From: Candidatus Magasanikbacteria bacterium RIFCSPHIGHO2_01_FULL_41_23
Lineage (GTDB): Bacteria; Patescibacteriota; Patescibacteriia; Magasanikbacterales; UBA922
DNA: 64,000 nucleotides
Assembly (NCBI GenBank): GCA_001782805.1
Contig: MFPT01000008.1
Coordinates: forward strand, 13,162 to 77,161
Reading direction: 5' to 3'
In this document: in pieces, positions 23,697 to 33,079 of the stretch
How positions within the stretch are numbered: position 1 is the first letter of the stretch
Layout: each line of letters begins with the position of its first letter
Notes under the pieces: generated by a model
Databases searched by the model: none
What the model was told of the DNA's origin: nothing
Seen by the model: only the letters and a program-made list of their open reading frames with translations
Position numbers and translations under genes: made by a program

Positions 23697-24680
23697 TTAG
23701 CCGTTGTTTCCATCCGGGTCGCAGGTGTCCCCGAAACCCAAACCATCAGCGTCGTTATCAATTTGCGTCGGATTGAATTTCCAGGCGCAATTGTCAACAG
23801 CGTCAGGAATGCCGTCGTTGTCGTCGTCTATGTCGATATTGTTTGGAACTCCGTCGTTGTCCAAATCCGTGTCACATCCGCCGAAGATTCCATCTTGGTC
23901 ATTGTCTCCCTTATTGTACACACATTCGGATTTCGAGGGATTGCACACTCCTATGTAACAGGGGATCGACTCAGGAATGACGCAAACGTACGGACTTCCG
24001 GCGCATTTACCAGACGTACAGACATCGTTTTCTGTACACCAATTACCATCGTCACATAAAGCGACGTTGGCCACAAACGAGCAACCAATCTTTGGATCAC
24101 AGGCATCGTTAGTGCAGGAGTTTTTGTCATCGCAGTCAAGATCCACACACTTGGGAAGTTCTATTACTTCAGGTGCACTAATCGAACCATGGTCTGATAT
24201 TTGATTAGTGTCATCTGAAATATCGTTTGACCACGTTTTAATGTCATTGTCGTAGGTATCCACAATTTCATTTTCAGACGTGGTCGTGGTATCAACATTA
24301 AGGACATCATTAATCACATCGCTCGTGTCCGAGACATTAATGTCCATCGACGTTTCAAAATTTTCCGAAACATCGGCATCGTTGTAGGATCCATCTGCAG
24401 TATCATTCGGCCTGAACACTTCGTCCGTCATCGTAACGATGTCTTTCTGATCCGTATCCTGCTGCGTCACGTCTTGATACGTCGTCTCGGTTTGAGACAT
24501 CACGTCGGGCAACACGCTGGACACATCGTCCGTAACATCGCTCTGGAACACGAAAGTCGCCTGCGCTTCTTTGCCTACATCAGCAGACATTTTTCGTTGG
24601 AAAGAGATTTCATCGATATTTCTGTCAAACACGCATCCGGCTAGAAAAAAAATAACGAACAAGACAATAAAACTTCTCAT
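23697..24680 (-). CDS. cysteine-rich repeat lipoprotein with thrombospondin-type-3-like Ca-binding repeats (native low-GC paralog of the high-GC cassettes)
   Basis: Lipobox MRSFIVLFVIFFLAGC. Repeat units CDDKNSCTNDACDPKIGCSFVANVALCDDGNWCTENDVCTSGKC. TSP3-like DTDLDNDGVPNNIDIDDDNDGIPDAVDNC and DNDADGLGFGDTCDPD. Ordinary AT-rich codons. Confidence 0.7.
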   Translation of the reverse strand: MRSFIVLFVIFFLAGCVFDRNIDEISFQRKMSADVGKEAQATFVFQSDVTDDVSSVLPDVMSQTETTYQDVTQQDTDQKDIVTMTDEVFRPNDTADGSYNDADVSENFETSMDINVSDTSDVINDVLNVDTTTTSENEIVDTYDNDIKTWSNDISDDTNQISDHGSISAPEVIELPKCVDLDCDDKNSCTNDACDPKIGCSFVANVALCDDGNWCTENDVCTSGKCAGSPYVCVIPESIPCYIGVCNPSKSECVYNKGDNDQDGIFGGCDTDLDNDGVPNNIDIDDDNDGIPDAVDNCAWKFNPTQIDNDADGLGFGDTCDPDGNNG

Positions 24681-24785
24681 TGGATTTTTTCCACCTATTC
24701 AAAAGGCTATGGTCTAAAGAACAATATTTTAACCATAACACAAACAACCTTAAGGAAGTCTTAAATTTTCAAAGTTATCAACAGG

Positions 24786-26639
24786 TTATTGTACAAGCAC
24801 ACCTTTTTTTCGGGCGATTGCATCATCGGGTAAACTAGTATCAATATTAGAACCAAAACCAATAACTGTTTTATTAATAAATGTATCCCATCCTGAAATA
24901 TGTACATTAGCAAGAAGAGGTAAAATTGTACCGCGTTCGCTTGGTGTTGGCATAATTGCCAATTCAAAATTTACTTGCGCACTTTCGTGCGCCGAAAGAT
25001 GGGAAATTTCCCAGGAAACAGTGCGATTTTCCGGAGAATAGATTGGTTCTCGTCCTTGATTCACGCTTGTTTTTCCTGTCCAATTAACTCCTGACGGCAA
25101 AGTCGCTGTTAGTTTGAGTCCGGAAACAGCACTCGTTCCATTTTGGATTTCCAAAAGTGCCCAATATTTTGTTTCTTTTCCAACCACTGGAGGCAAATGT
25201 CCGCGGCCAATTTGATCACCTTCCGCAGAATAATAATGCGCGCTCGCATTGATGTTTAGACTTGTACCAATTGCCAAAGGATTTAATTGTGCGTTTGTTT
25301 CAAACAATTGAGTAATTCCAACTACTTCAGCAGTAATTTTTGGATTAAGGACAAGATTAAGATTCGTCGCTCCACTTGGATGTAAGGAAATGGGAATTAT
25401 TATGGGGATTTGTATTGCTGTGCCGCGAGCGAGAAAATTAAGTTCGGGGAATTTTTTTTGCGATATGATTAAATTTGATCCTTGGCTGGAAAAATTGTTT
25501 TTTTGTCGAGCCGCAGCTATTGATACGAGAGCTGAAGGCAGAGGAATACTCAAATTAAGATTTTTTAAATCAACGCTCCCAGTATTTTTTAGCCGGATTA
25601 TTATTTGGGCTATGTCTCCGGGACTGGCTGTATTGACTGACCATTGGCCGGAGATTTCAATATTCGGATGGGCCACTGCACTTTTGGCCGCAATTTTATT
25701 TTGATTGAATATAGTACCGTTAATTATAATTGATGGCGTCAACTCAAGAGAAATCGTGTCAATATTTTTTGGTACGGAAGCCGTAATCGTCAGAGTAGTA
25801 GTCGCACTTTCATTGGCATTCAGATGGGGAATATACCATTTTTCTCGATCGATTTTCCCCGCTGTAGTTGAGTCTATTTTGTAACTCGTATATTTATTGG
25901 ATTCGACGGGAATAACAATATTTTCCAAATCATGATGATTGTTATTTTTTATTACCAGTTCACTTTTCCAACTACTGTTTTCAAAAATAGTCGCGGGTGC
26001 GGATAATGATCCAATCAAAGTGGAATCTCGAAGTGTGGCGATTACTCCTGTAGTCACAACTTCAAAAATGTTACGATTTTTTTGCCGGTAGACCAATTCA
26101 ATTCCCGTAGGATAATTATGATTTGGTTCACCGAAAAATTGACCGGCAAATATAATTTCACCTTCAGTTTTTGGCTCAATGTTTGGCACGCTAATTGAGT
26201 GAGTGTTGGTAACAAAATTTTTGCCGTTTACATTAAATAGAATAAAACCAACAGGGAAATTAATGTGCATTATTGGGTCAACCAATACTACCTCGCTATT
26301 ATTTTTATAGGTGACGGAAAAAAATAAATGCTCGCCACTCTGGACTCGATTTAATTCACTTTGCTCATGTCCATTGATTTTTATTGAAATTGCGACATTT
26401 TTTTGAACAGTTGGATCATACCAGTGCCAAAAGAGGCCGATACCACCAATAATAAAAATACTGGCCAAAAGTAGCATGTCAAACAAAAAAAGTTTGCGAG
26501 CATGGGCAAACCGCAGATGATATTTTTTTTGATAATGAACTTCCAGCGCATGAATCGGGGAAATCAAGAAAGCCAGAAACCATTTGTGCGGAGCATGAAG
26601 AAGGTGATGTTTGGTAAGATGATTGGAGACATACCTCAT
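24786..26639 (-). CDS. hypothetical membrane-anchored extracellular protein (N-terminal TM, large beta-rich ectodomain)
   Basis: TM LLLASIFIIGGIGLFWHWY, then ~540 aa with many N-x-S/T sites and no recognised catalytic motif. Confidence 0.55.
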   Translation of the reverse strand: MRYVSNHLTKHHLLHAPHKWFLAFLISPIHALEVHYQKKYHLRFAHARKLFLFDMLLLASIFIIGGIGLFWHWYDPTVQKNVAISIKINGHEQSELNRVQSGEHLFFSVTYKNNSEVVLVDPIMHINFPVGFILFNVNGKNFVTNTHSISVPNIEPKTEGEIIFAGQFFGEPNHNYPTGIELVYRQKNRNIFEVVTTGVIATLRDSTLIGSLSAPATIFENSSWKSELVIKNNNHHDLENIVIPVESNKYTSYKIDSTTAGKIDREKWYIPHLNANESATTTLTITASVPKNIDTISLELTPSIIINGTIFNQNKIAAKSAVAHPNIEISGQWSVNTASPGDIAQIIIRLKNTGSVDLKNLNLSIPLPSALVSIAAARQKNNFSSQGSNLIISQKKFPELNFLARGTAIQIPIIIPISLHPSGATNLNLVLNPKITAEVVGITQLFETNAQLNPLAIGTSLNINASAHYYSAEGDQIGRGHLPPVVGKETKYWALLEIQNGTSAVSGLKLTATLPSGVNWTGKTSVNQGREPIYSPENRTVSWEISHLSAHESAQVNFELAIMPTPSERGTILPLLANVHISGWDTFINKTVIGFGSNIDTSLPDDAIARKKGVLVQ

Positions 26640-26699
26640 ATATTAGAAGTATAACAATAAAAAAATCCTTCGCCTATCTCTAGGTCTAAAGGATTTTTT

Positions 26700-26990
26700 T
26701 TATTCCGGTTTAATTGACTTGTTGCTGGGAGAATAGAGTGTATTACTGATTTTCCATTGATCCACGAATTGTCCTATTCCCTTTTGATTTGTTTTATTTT
26801 TAACCGTTGTTTTGCGTTGCGACCATTTGATGAGACTTTCAAAATTTATTTTGTAGCGTCCGGCCACTACCACATAGGTAATTTCTTGATCTCTGATAGC
26901 GCGCCGAACAGTTTGGGGATTAACACCAAACAAACGAGCTGCTTCTGAGATGGAAACGCGGATTAATTCTTTCTGTTTATTTGGCTCCAT
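26700..26990 (-). CDS. excisionase/MerR-family helix-turn-helix DNA-binding protein
   Basis: IRVSISEAARLFGVNPQTVRRAIRDQEI is a classic HTH_17 pattern. ATG 26990 is used because track start 27032 is a TTG lying inside the promoter. Confidence 0.65.
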   Translation of the reverse strand: MEPNKQKELIRVSISEAARLFGVNPQTVRRAIRDQEITYVVVAGRYKINFESLIKWSQRKTTVKNKTNQKGIGQFVDQWKISNTLYSPSNKSIKPE

Positions 26991-27022
26991 AAAGCATTGT
27001 TTGGATACATTTGTATACACAG

Positions 27023-27052
27023 ATATTAACAAAAAACAGTACTTTTGTCAAG
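27023..27052 (-). promoter_or_regulatory. sigma70-like promoter TTGACA-17-TAATAT for the HTH gene
   Basis: Minus-strand read: TTGACAaaagtactgttttttgtTAATAT, ~30 nt upstream of ATG 26990. Confidence 0.45.
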
Positions 27053-27105
27053 TATATTTTATAGTTTGCTTACTTGTAAAAAACAAGTATTCTTGATCGG
27101 TAAAA

Positions 27106-27155
27106 GTATACACTAGTCTATACTTTTAATAATATTTGTATACACTAGTGTACTC
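27106..27155. repeat. two copies of the near-palindromic operator-like motif GTATACACTAGT(C/G)TA(T)AC (27106..27123 and 27138..27155), plus a half-site GTATACAC at 27013..27020
   Basis: Seen in sequence, in the divergent intergenic region between the HTH gene and the ECF sigma gene. Copy 1 is 16/18 self-complementary around ACTAGT. Confidence 0.4.
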
Positions 27156-27307
27156 TTTTAAAAATATCTAAAAAATTTTTGTTATTTAGATTTTTCCCTA
27201 TTTTTCATGTTGCCATATTTACTTATACTGGTTTTTATTATACTATATATAGAAGTGTGCAAGTGTTCCTTAGGTGTAACACTTTTTTATTCTCCACGTC
27301 TTCTATT

Positions 27308-27856
27308 ATGCCAGCAGAGATTAATCAGAAAAAACTGGTTTACCGAATTATCAAGAATCATGATCCTGAGGCATACGGACAATTATACGATTTGTTTGTT
27401 GCTCGTATTTATCGTTTCATCTTTTTCAAAGTCGGAAGTAAAGAAGAAGCTGAGGATTTGACCAGTGATGTTTTTTTGAAAACGTGGCAGTATTTAACCA
27501 AAAATAAAAGTTTAGAAATTAAAAGTTTTAGCGGTTTGATTTATCAGATCGCGCGCAATGCTTTGGTTGATTTGTATCGAGCAAAAGCAAATCGCCAAGA
27601 ATTTTCGTTGGATCTGGCAAATGAATTTATTATTGATGAGGAAAAATTTGGGGCCATTGACGCGAGCCACGATGTAGCTAGAATTTTACAGGCTTTGAAA
27701 AAAATTAAACAAGAGTATCAAGAAGTGTTGGTATTCAAATATATTGAAGAGTTATCAATCAAGGAGATCGCGGAAATCTTAAAAAAGACACCGATTAATG
27801 TACGCGTCACATTGCATCGGGCAATGATTGTTTTAAAAAAGTCGCTCAAAGTATGA
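27308..27856 (+). CDS. RNA polymerase sigma factor, sigma-70 ECF-like
   Basis: Region 2 LFVARIYRFIFFKVGSKEEAEDLTSDVFLKTW. Region 4 HTH LSIKEIAEILKKTPINVRVTLHRAMIVLKK. Internal ATG 27308 is used as the start. Confidence 0.8.
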   Translation: MPAEINQKKLVYRIIKNHDPEAYGQLYDLFVARIYRFIFFKVGSKEEAEDLTSDVFLKTWQYLTKNKSLEIKSFSGLIYQIARNALVDLYRAKANRQEFSLDLANEFIIDEEKFGAIDASHDVARILQALKKIKQEYQEVLVFKYIEELSIKEIAEILKKTPINVRVTLHRAMIVLKKSLKV

Positions 27857-29019
27857 ATCATGTTAAGCGACAATTAAGGCAGATAAAAGAAATAAAAGGT
27901 TTGGTTAATCCCGATCTTTTTTGGGTTACAAACAATCGCGCGCGACTGTTACAACAAATTAATAATACCGTAGTGCCGATTGAAAAACCGATAATTGGAG
28001 AAACAGCTCGTGTTTTCTGGTTTCAATTTCGTTCCAGCACTGCCTTCCGTGTTATGCGTCCGGTTTTGACCGCGCTGACTGTGGCTGCGCTCGCAACCAG
28101 TGGCTGGATTGCCAGTGTCAGTGCTTCGTTCAATAGTTTGCCCGGAGATCGTTTGTGGGCAGTCAAACGCGCGGCTCAGAATACTGAAGTGGCAGTTAAA
28201 AGTTTTGGTGCTTCAAACGATAGAAAAGTGCAGTTGCAACTTAATCTGGCAAAAAATCGAGTTGATGATATTAAAAAGGCAGTGGCGCAAAAATTAATTA
28301 ATACTTCGCCCAGTGATTTGAAAAAGGCAGTTAAGGATTTAAGTGTCGCGACACAAGATGTCCAGACCGCGGTCAAACAAGTATCGTCCAACATTGTTGA
28401 TCAGGAAAAAGTAGCCACTACCAAAAATAATCAATTGCAAGTTGTAGAAACAGTAAAAGACGTAGCCAAAGATACGAATAATTTAACCAAAGAATTAACA
28501 TCAACCATTGTATCATCCACAGCCGCTGGAGCGGAGGTGACAAAACAAGTTTTGGAAACGGTTAGAGTGGTAAACCAAACAAGCATTAATGCCATTGAAG
28601 TGGCAGTCAGAAATCAGGATGAGCTCAGTAAGAGCGGAGGAGAAACCGGATCGGCCAGAAATATTGTTTCGGAAAAAGTAGCTGATTTGGTACGATCAAA
28701 CGAAGCTTTGACACAAGAAGTTAAAAATACAAATGATGATTTGAAAATTATCGTTGCTGCACCAACAGGAACAGCCGCAATAATTGTACCGAATGTCAGC
28801 TCAACTCTTCCCGCTACTTTAACAACAAAGGAAATTAGTAGGGAAGCTGAAGAAAAAATAACAGCGACGCGCGAATCAGTCGCCGATATTAGAAAAAATA
28901 TTGACAGTGGAAATTTGCAGGAAGCAGTAAATGGTTTGCGCGCGCTGAACGAAAGCGCGGTCACAGCCCAACAACTTTTGGTAAAAATCAAAACCAAAGT
29001 TGAAATCGATAAACGATAA
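27853..29019 (+). CDS. putative anti-sigma factor: membrane-anchored DUF5667-like coiled-coil protein
   Basis: ATGA overlap with the sigma gene. Single TM VLTALTVAALATSGWIASVSA. Long K/Q/E-rich helical ectodomain. DUF5667 proteins typically follow ECF sigma factors in CPR genomes (assignment from context). Confidence 0.5.
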   Translation: MNHVKRQLRQIKEIKGLVNPDLFWVTNNRARLLQQINNTVVPIEKPIIGETARVFWFQFRSSTAFRVMRPVLTALTVAALATSGWIASVSASFNSLPGDRLWAVKRAAQNTEVAVKSFGASNDRKVQLQLNLAKNRVDDIKKAVAQKLINTSPSDLKKAVKDLSVATQDVQTAVKQVSSNIVDQEKVATTKNNQLQVVETVKDVAKDTNNLTKELTSTIVSSTAAGAEVTKQVLETVRVVNQTSINAIEVAVRNQDELSKSGGETGSARNIVSEKVADLVRSNEALTQEVKNTNDDLKIIVAAPTGTAAIIVPNVSSTLPATLTTKEISREAEEKITATRESVADIRKNIDSGNLQEAVNGLRALNESAVTAQQLLVKIKTKVEIDKR

Positions 29020-29021
29020 TG

Positions 29022-29086
29022 GCCGTTATACTGTATAGCTCTCAGTTTATTAGATTAACAAATTGTGAGCCATACAGTAACGGCTC
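29022..29086 (+). terminator. imperfect ~18-bp inverted repeat (GCCGTTATACTGTATAGCTC ... GAGCCATACAGTAACGGC) after the anti-sigma gene; no clear U-tract
   Basis: Seen in sequence 3 nt after the stop at 29019. Confidence 0.3.
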
Positions 29087-29187
29087 CCACGACATAAAGT
29101 CGGCGGGCTACTATCACTAAAAGGTCGAATCCCGATTAAGTCGGGAAAGTGTATAGTTTTATTTAAAGATACATTAGTATATTTATT

Positions 29188-32100
29188 ATGAATGATTTGA
29201 AGAAATTCGGTAAGAAGCTCTTCACTATGTCAGTGGTTAGTATGACCATTGCTTGGAGCGTTGGCTTGTCAGCCCTCGTCCCAGCCGGTGTTGTCGCCGC
29301 TACTTGTCCAGAGCTTGAAGCCGGAGACTTGTTCAAAGTTAAAGGGAACGCAGCAGTATATCTGTTGAATTCCAACATGGAACGTATGTACTTCCCCAAT
29401 TCGGAAGTTTATAACACATGGTACAAGGATTTTAGTGGTATCACTACCATTGAACCGGCCTGTGTTGACGCGTATCCATCCGGTGGTGGTGTTAACTTCC
29501 GCCCCGGTGCCCGTTTGGTAAAGAGCGCGGTTTCTCCGTCTGTCTTTGCCGTCGGTCCAGACAACATGAAACATAAAATCGCTGATGAGAAAGTTGCCGC
29601 TGCCCTTTATGGCAGTGCTTGGAGCAAACTTGTCCGCGTAATTCCTGATGTTTTTGACTCCAACTACAAAGTTGGCGCAGAACTTAAGGAAGCCAAACTT
29701 CATGATGGTCAATTGGTTATGAAGTCAGGTGATACGACTGTCTACTATGTTTGGATGGGAATGTTGAAGAAAGTAGATGGAACATTGCCTTCTCAGACAA
29801 GTGGTGATGTACGAACGGTTTCCGTTGAAACTTTAGCTTCAGTGTCAATGGACACAGCTACTGTTACCGGCGCAACCGTGACCACAAACCCAGCTCAGAA
29901 AGGTACTGCTACGAGTCCGACTACTCCGACAAGTGCGGGTAAGTTGAAGGTTAGTATTGCCGCCAATACCCCAAGTGGTACTTACGCAGTTAAGAGTGCG
30001 GCTCGCGTTCCATTTACTAACGTAGTATTTGAAAATACGAGTGGCGACACAGTTACCATTGATTCATTTAAAGTTGTTCGCGGTGGAGCTCCAGCAGTAA
30101 ATGCTGACTTTACCACTGTCAACGTAGTTGATGAAATGGGTAATCTTTTGAATGATGCTGGCAAATCACTCAACTCCGAGAATATGGTTACTTTCACCGA
30201 GGACATTGTCCTTACAGCTGGTGCAAAGAAAACCTATACTTTGGTTGGTGATATGGCTGGATCAGGTTTGACCGGTGGCAATGTTCCTACATTGGGTTTG
30301 TATTCGGTAGATACTAAGGCCACTGTTGAAGGTGTTTTACCAATGTATGGTAACGCGGTAGTGACCAATGCTAACGTTACGCTGGGTACTGTTACTTTGG
30401 CCGAAGGTTCAACTATCGGTACGGTAACCAAACAGGTCGGCACTAAGGATGTTAACTTAGCCAGTTTGAAAATTACCGTTGCTACGGAAGATTTTCAAAT
30501 CGGACGGGTTGTATTCTACAACTCCGGTACTGCGGCTGATGGTGACATTGAAAAATTCGTTTTGAAATACAATGGTAACATTGTTGCTCAAGGCGCAATG
30601 AAAAATAAGTATTTGACCTTTGATTTATCCGCTTGTACGGCTGATTGTAAGTTGGAAAAAGGCAATGACAAGACCTTTAATGTCTATGCCGATTTGATCG
30701 CCGGTTCAGCTCGTACCTCAAATCTTGATATCCAGCGGACAGTTCATGTCTTAGCCAAGGATCTTAAGAACAATTACTATGTAACTCCAACCAACAATGC
30801 CTCGGCCATGACCAATACGGTCACCGTGTCACAAGGTAAGTTGGATGTTTCTAAGACTAACAATGTTCCGACAGGCAATGTTCCTCGGAACGCAACCAAT
30901 CAATCACTTGGTACTTGGAATTTCAAGGTTACAGGTGAACCGGTTGATGTTCGTACCATTGTTTTCCGCCTCACGACCACTGGTACCATCGTACCAACCG
31001 GTCTTGACAGCATTACTTTGTACAACGCAGCTGGTAAAGCTTTGATCGGCGGTGTTGATGGTGCTGGATCAGCCAGCCCAGGATACGCCACTAGTACTGA
31101 TTCCTTTACTCTCCCAGTCGGTGATAATATCCTGACTTTGAAAGCAAAAGTTGACAGTACAGCTGTGGCCAATGACACAATTGCTGTGGCCATTGACTTG
31201 ACTAACACCAGCAACTTTGATGCTCGTGGGGTAAACAGTGGTGAAACTATCACTCTGGGAACCTATGCCACACCACAATCAGCAGTGTCGGCTAACACCA
31301 TGACAGTCAAAGGTTCAGCTTTGCGCGTGACCACATTGTCAACTCCTCCCGCCACAACCTATGCGGCTGGTACGAATGACGTGGTCTTTGCCAAAGTTCT
31401 CTTCGATACTTCTGATTCTTCAGAAGATGCCAAAGTAACTCAATTCATCATTACCAATACTACTGCAGGCGGTGCGAAGGGTATAAATATCCAAAGCGTT
31501 CGTTTGTTCGTGGATCTTGACGGAGATAGTTATGATGGAAAAGGCTCAGCAGTGGCATTGACTGAAACCCAAAGTGGAGCACAGTCAACCGCTAACACGG
31601 CCGAAGACCTAACCTTTAATCTTAGTGGCACTGATCAATTCTTGGTCAAAGCCGGTAAGAAAGTAGAAGTATGGGTCAAAGGTAATATTGCTGGTGGCGC
31701 GGCCGCTGGTACTCATACCTTCTCGGTTGATACAGCCAATGATATTGCTGCGACCGGTGCAACTACTGGCGGAACAATTACTGAAGTAATTGATTCAGCT
31801 GCCGGTCAGGCTATGACGGTTGGTGCGGCTGGTGGTACAGTTGAAGTATCGCTTGATCCTTCCAACCAAACTGCCAAGCAGTACGCCGCTGGTACTAAGG
31901 GTGTAACCCTAGCCACTTTCCGTTTCTATGCCACTTCCAGTGAAGACGTAGAATTGGACAAGATTAACTTGACCCAGTTAGTAACCGCCACTGCCAGCTC
32001 ATCGTTCAAAGACTATGATATGGTCTACTTGTACAATGCGGCCGGAGATATGGTTGGTTCAGCCAGTCCAACAAGTACATCGGTCTTCATTGATTTGGCA

Positions 32101-32946
32101 GACAAAGCATTTGTGGCGAAATCAAGTGATACGAGTGGTACATTGTTGGTAATTAAAGCTGATCTTTCCAGTATTGGTCCAAGCCAGAATGTAACTACTG
32201 GTGGACACAGTCTTGGTTATAAGATATTGGCGGCCAGTGCAGTAGGAGCTAAGGGTTCATTGACTGGTTCTACTTCCGTTGTGTATCTTGGTTCCAGTGT
32301 TCCGACTGGTCAAACTCATGTGATGTTTAAGGCTATCCCTACTGTCCAAGTATGTACTGGTACAGTTGATGATGCCTCTAACTGTAAACAAGTTAATGGT
32401 GTCTTGGCTAATGGTTCAAATGACTTGATTCGTTTCCGTGTCAAAGCTAATACCTCTGATGTCGGTCTCTACAAGTTTACCTTTGACATTACCACGACTA
32501 CTGCTAGTGTTACTTCAGTTGAATTGTTCGATACCACTGAATCCAATGAAATATCATTGTATTCTAATACCGCTCTTGCTAGTACTCCTTATGTCGAAGC
32601 TCTATTCGATACGGATAGTAGCGGTGTTACTTCCGGTGGAGAAGAACGAACTGTTTCGGCCGGCACATCTCGTTACTTCGCTTTGCGTGGTACCCTAACT
32701 GCTGTTGCTACAGGAGCCTCAGTTTCTACCCGCTTAGGTGGTGATGCTGCTTCCTCTGCTGGTACAGTAAGTGCTACTCTTATGGATAGTGCTGTTACAG
32801 CTGATTCAACCGCTTTGCACGATGACTTTATCTGGTCAGATCGCAGTGCTGGCGCTCATGCCACCACAACCCTTGACTGGACTAACGGTTATTTGGTTAA
32901 TGGTTTGAACTCAGCTTCATCCACTCCGATTGTTGTCGCGAAATAA
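29188..32946 (+). CDS. large secreted cell-surface protein (1252 aa), T/V/A/G/S-rich beta-repeat architecture; S-layer or adhesin candidate
   Basis: N-terminal signal MNDLKKFGKKLFTMSVVSMTIAWSVGLSALVPAGVVAA. Composition dominated by T, V, A, G and S with many N-x-T/S sites and no Cys beyond the N-terminal domain. Immediately upstream of the glycosylation cluster. Confidence 0.7.
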   Translation: MNDLKKFGKKLFTMSVVSMTIAWSVGLSALVPAGVVAATCPELEAGDLFKVKGNAAVYLLNSNMERMYFPNSEVYNTWYKDFSGITTIEPACVDAYPSGGGVNFRPGARLVKSAVSPSVFAVGPDNMKHKIADEKVAAALYGSAWSKLVRVIPDVFDSNYKVGAELKEAKLHDGQLVMKSGDTTVYYVWMGMLKKVDGTLPSQTSGDVRTVSVETLASVSMDTATVTGATVTTNPAQKGTATSPTTPTSAGKLKVSIAANTPSGTYAVKSAARVPFTNVVFENTSGDTVTIDSFKVVRGGAPAVNADFTTVNVVDEMGNLLNDAGKSLNSENMVTFTEDIVLTAGAKKTYTLVGDMAGSGLTGGNVPTLGLYSVDTKATVEGVLPMYGNAVVTNANVTLGTVTLAEGSTIGTVTKQVGTKDVNLASLKITVATEDFQIGRVVFYNSGTAADGDIEKFVLKYNGNIVAQGAMKNKYLTFDLSACTADCKLEKGNDKTFNVYADLIAGSARTSNLDIQRTVHVLAKDLKNNYYVTPTNNASAMTNTVTVSQGKLDVSKTNNVPTGNVPRNATNQSLGTWNFKVTGEPVDVRTIVFRLTTTGTIVPTGLDSITLYNAAGKALIGGVDGAGSASPGYATSTDSFTLPVGDNILTLKAKVDSTAVANDTIAVAIDLTNTSNFDARGVNSGETITLGTYATPQSAVSANTMTVKGSALRVTTLSTPPATTYAAGTNDVVFAKVLFDTSDSSEDAKVTQFIITNTTAGGAKGINIQSVRLFVDLDGDSYDGKGSAVALTETQSGAQSTANTAEDLTFNLSGTDQFLVKAGKKVEVWVKGNIAGGAAAGTHTFSVDTANDIAATGATTGGTITEVIDSAAGQAMTVGAAGGTVEVSLDPSNQTAKQYAAGTKGVTLATFRFYATSSEDVELDKINLTQLVTATASSSFKDYDMVYLYNAAGDMVGSASPTSTSVFIDLADKAFVAKSSDTSGTLLVIKADLSSIGPSQNVTTGGHSLGYKILAASAVGAKGSLTGSTSVVYLGSSVPTGQTHVMFKAIPTVQVCTGTVDDASNCKQVNGVLANGSNDLIRFRVKANTSDVGLYKFTFDITTTTASVTSVELFDTTESNEISLYSNTALASTPYVEALFDTDSSGVTSGGEERTVSAGTSRYFALRGTLTAVATGASVSTRLGGDAASSAGTVSATLMDSAVTADSTALHDDFIWSDRSAGAHATTTLDWTNGYLVNGLNSASSTPIVVAK

Positions 32947-33079
32947 TTTTGCCTCAACTCGTTCGGAATACAAGACTCCTCCTTTTGGGGGAGTTTTGTA
33001 TATCCCGAGTTTAGTCGCAGGGGTTATCCCTTGATAATTTATGTGTCCTCTGTTATTATATGGAGGTATAACTTTTTAA

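Noticed and set aside
27032-27179. Upstream extensions of the HTH gene (track start 27032) and sigma gene (track start 27179)
   Set aside because: The 27032 start is a TTG sitting inside the gene's own -10/-35 promoter elements. The 27179 extension encodes a hydrophobic junk N-terminus (MLFRFFPIFHVAIFTY…) across the operator repeats. Internal ATGs at 26990 and 27308 give canonical N-termini.
29095-29160. tRNA-like fragment AAGGTCGAATCCCGATTAAGTCGGG between the anti-sigma gene and the large surface protein gene
   Set aside because: It resembles a T-arm (GGTTCGAATCC with one T missing), but no acceptor, D or anticodon arms can be built around it. It is probably a chance match or a hairpin in the 5' UTR.
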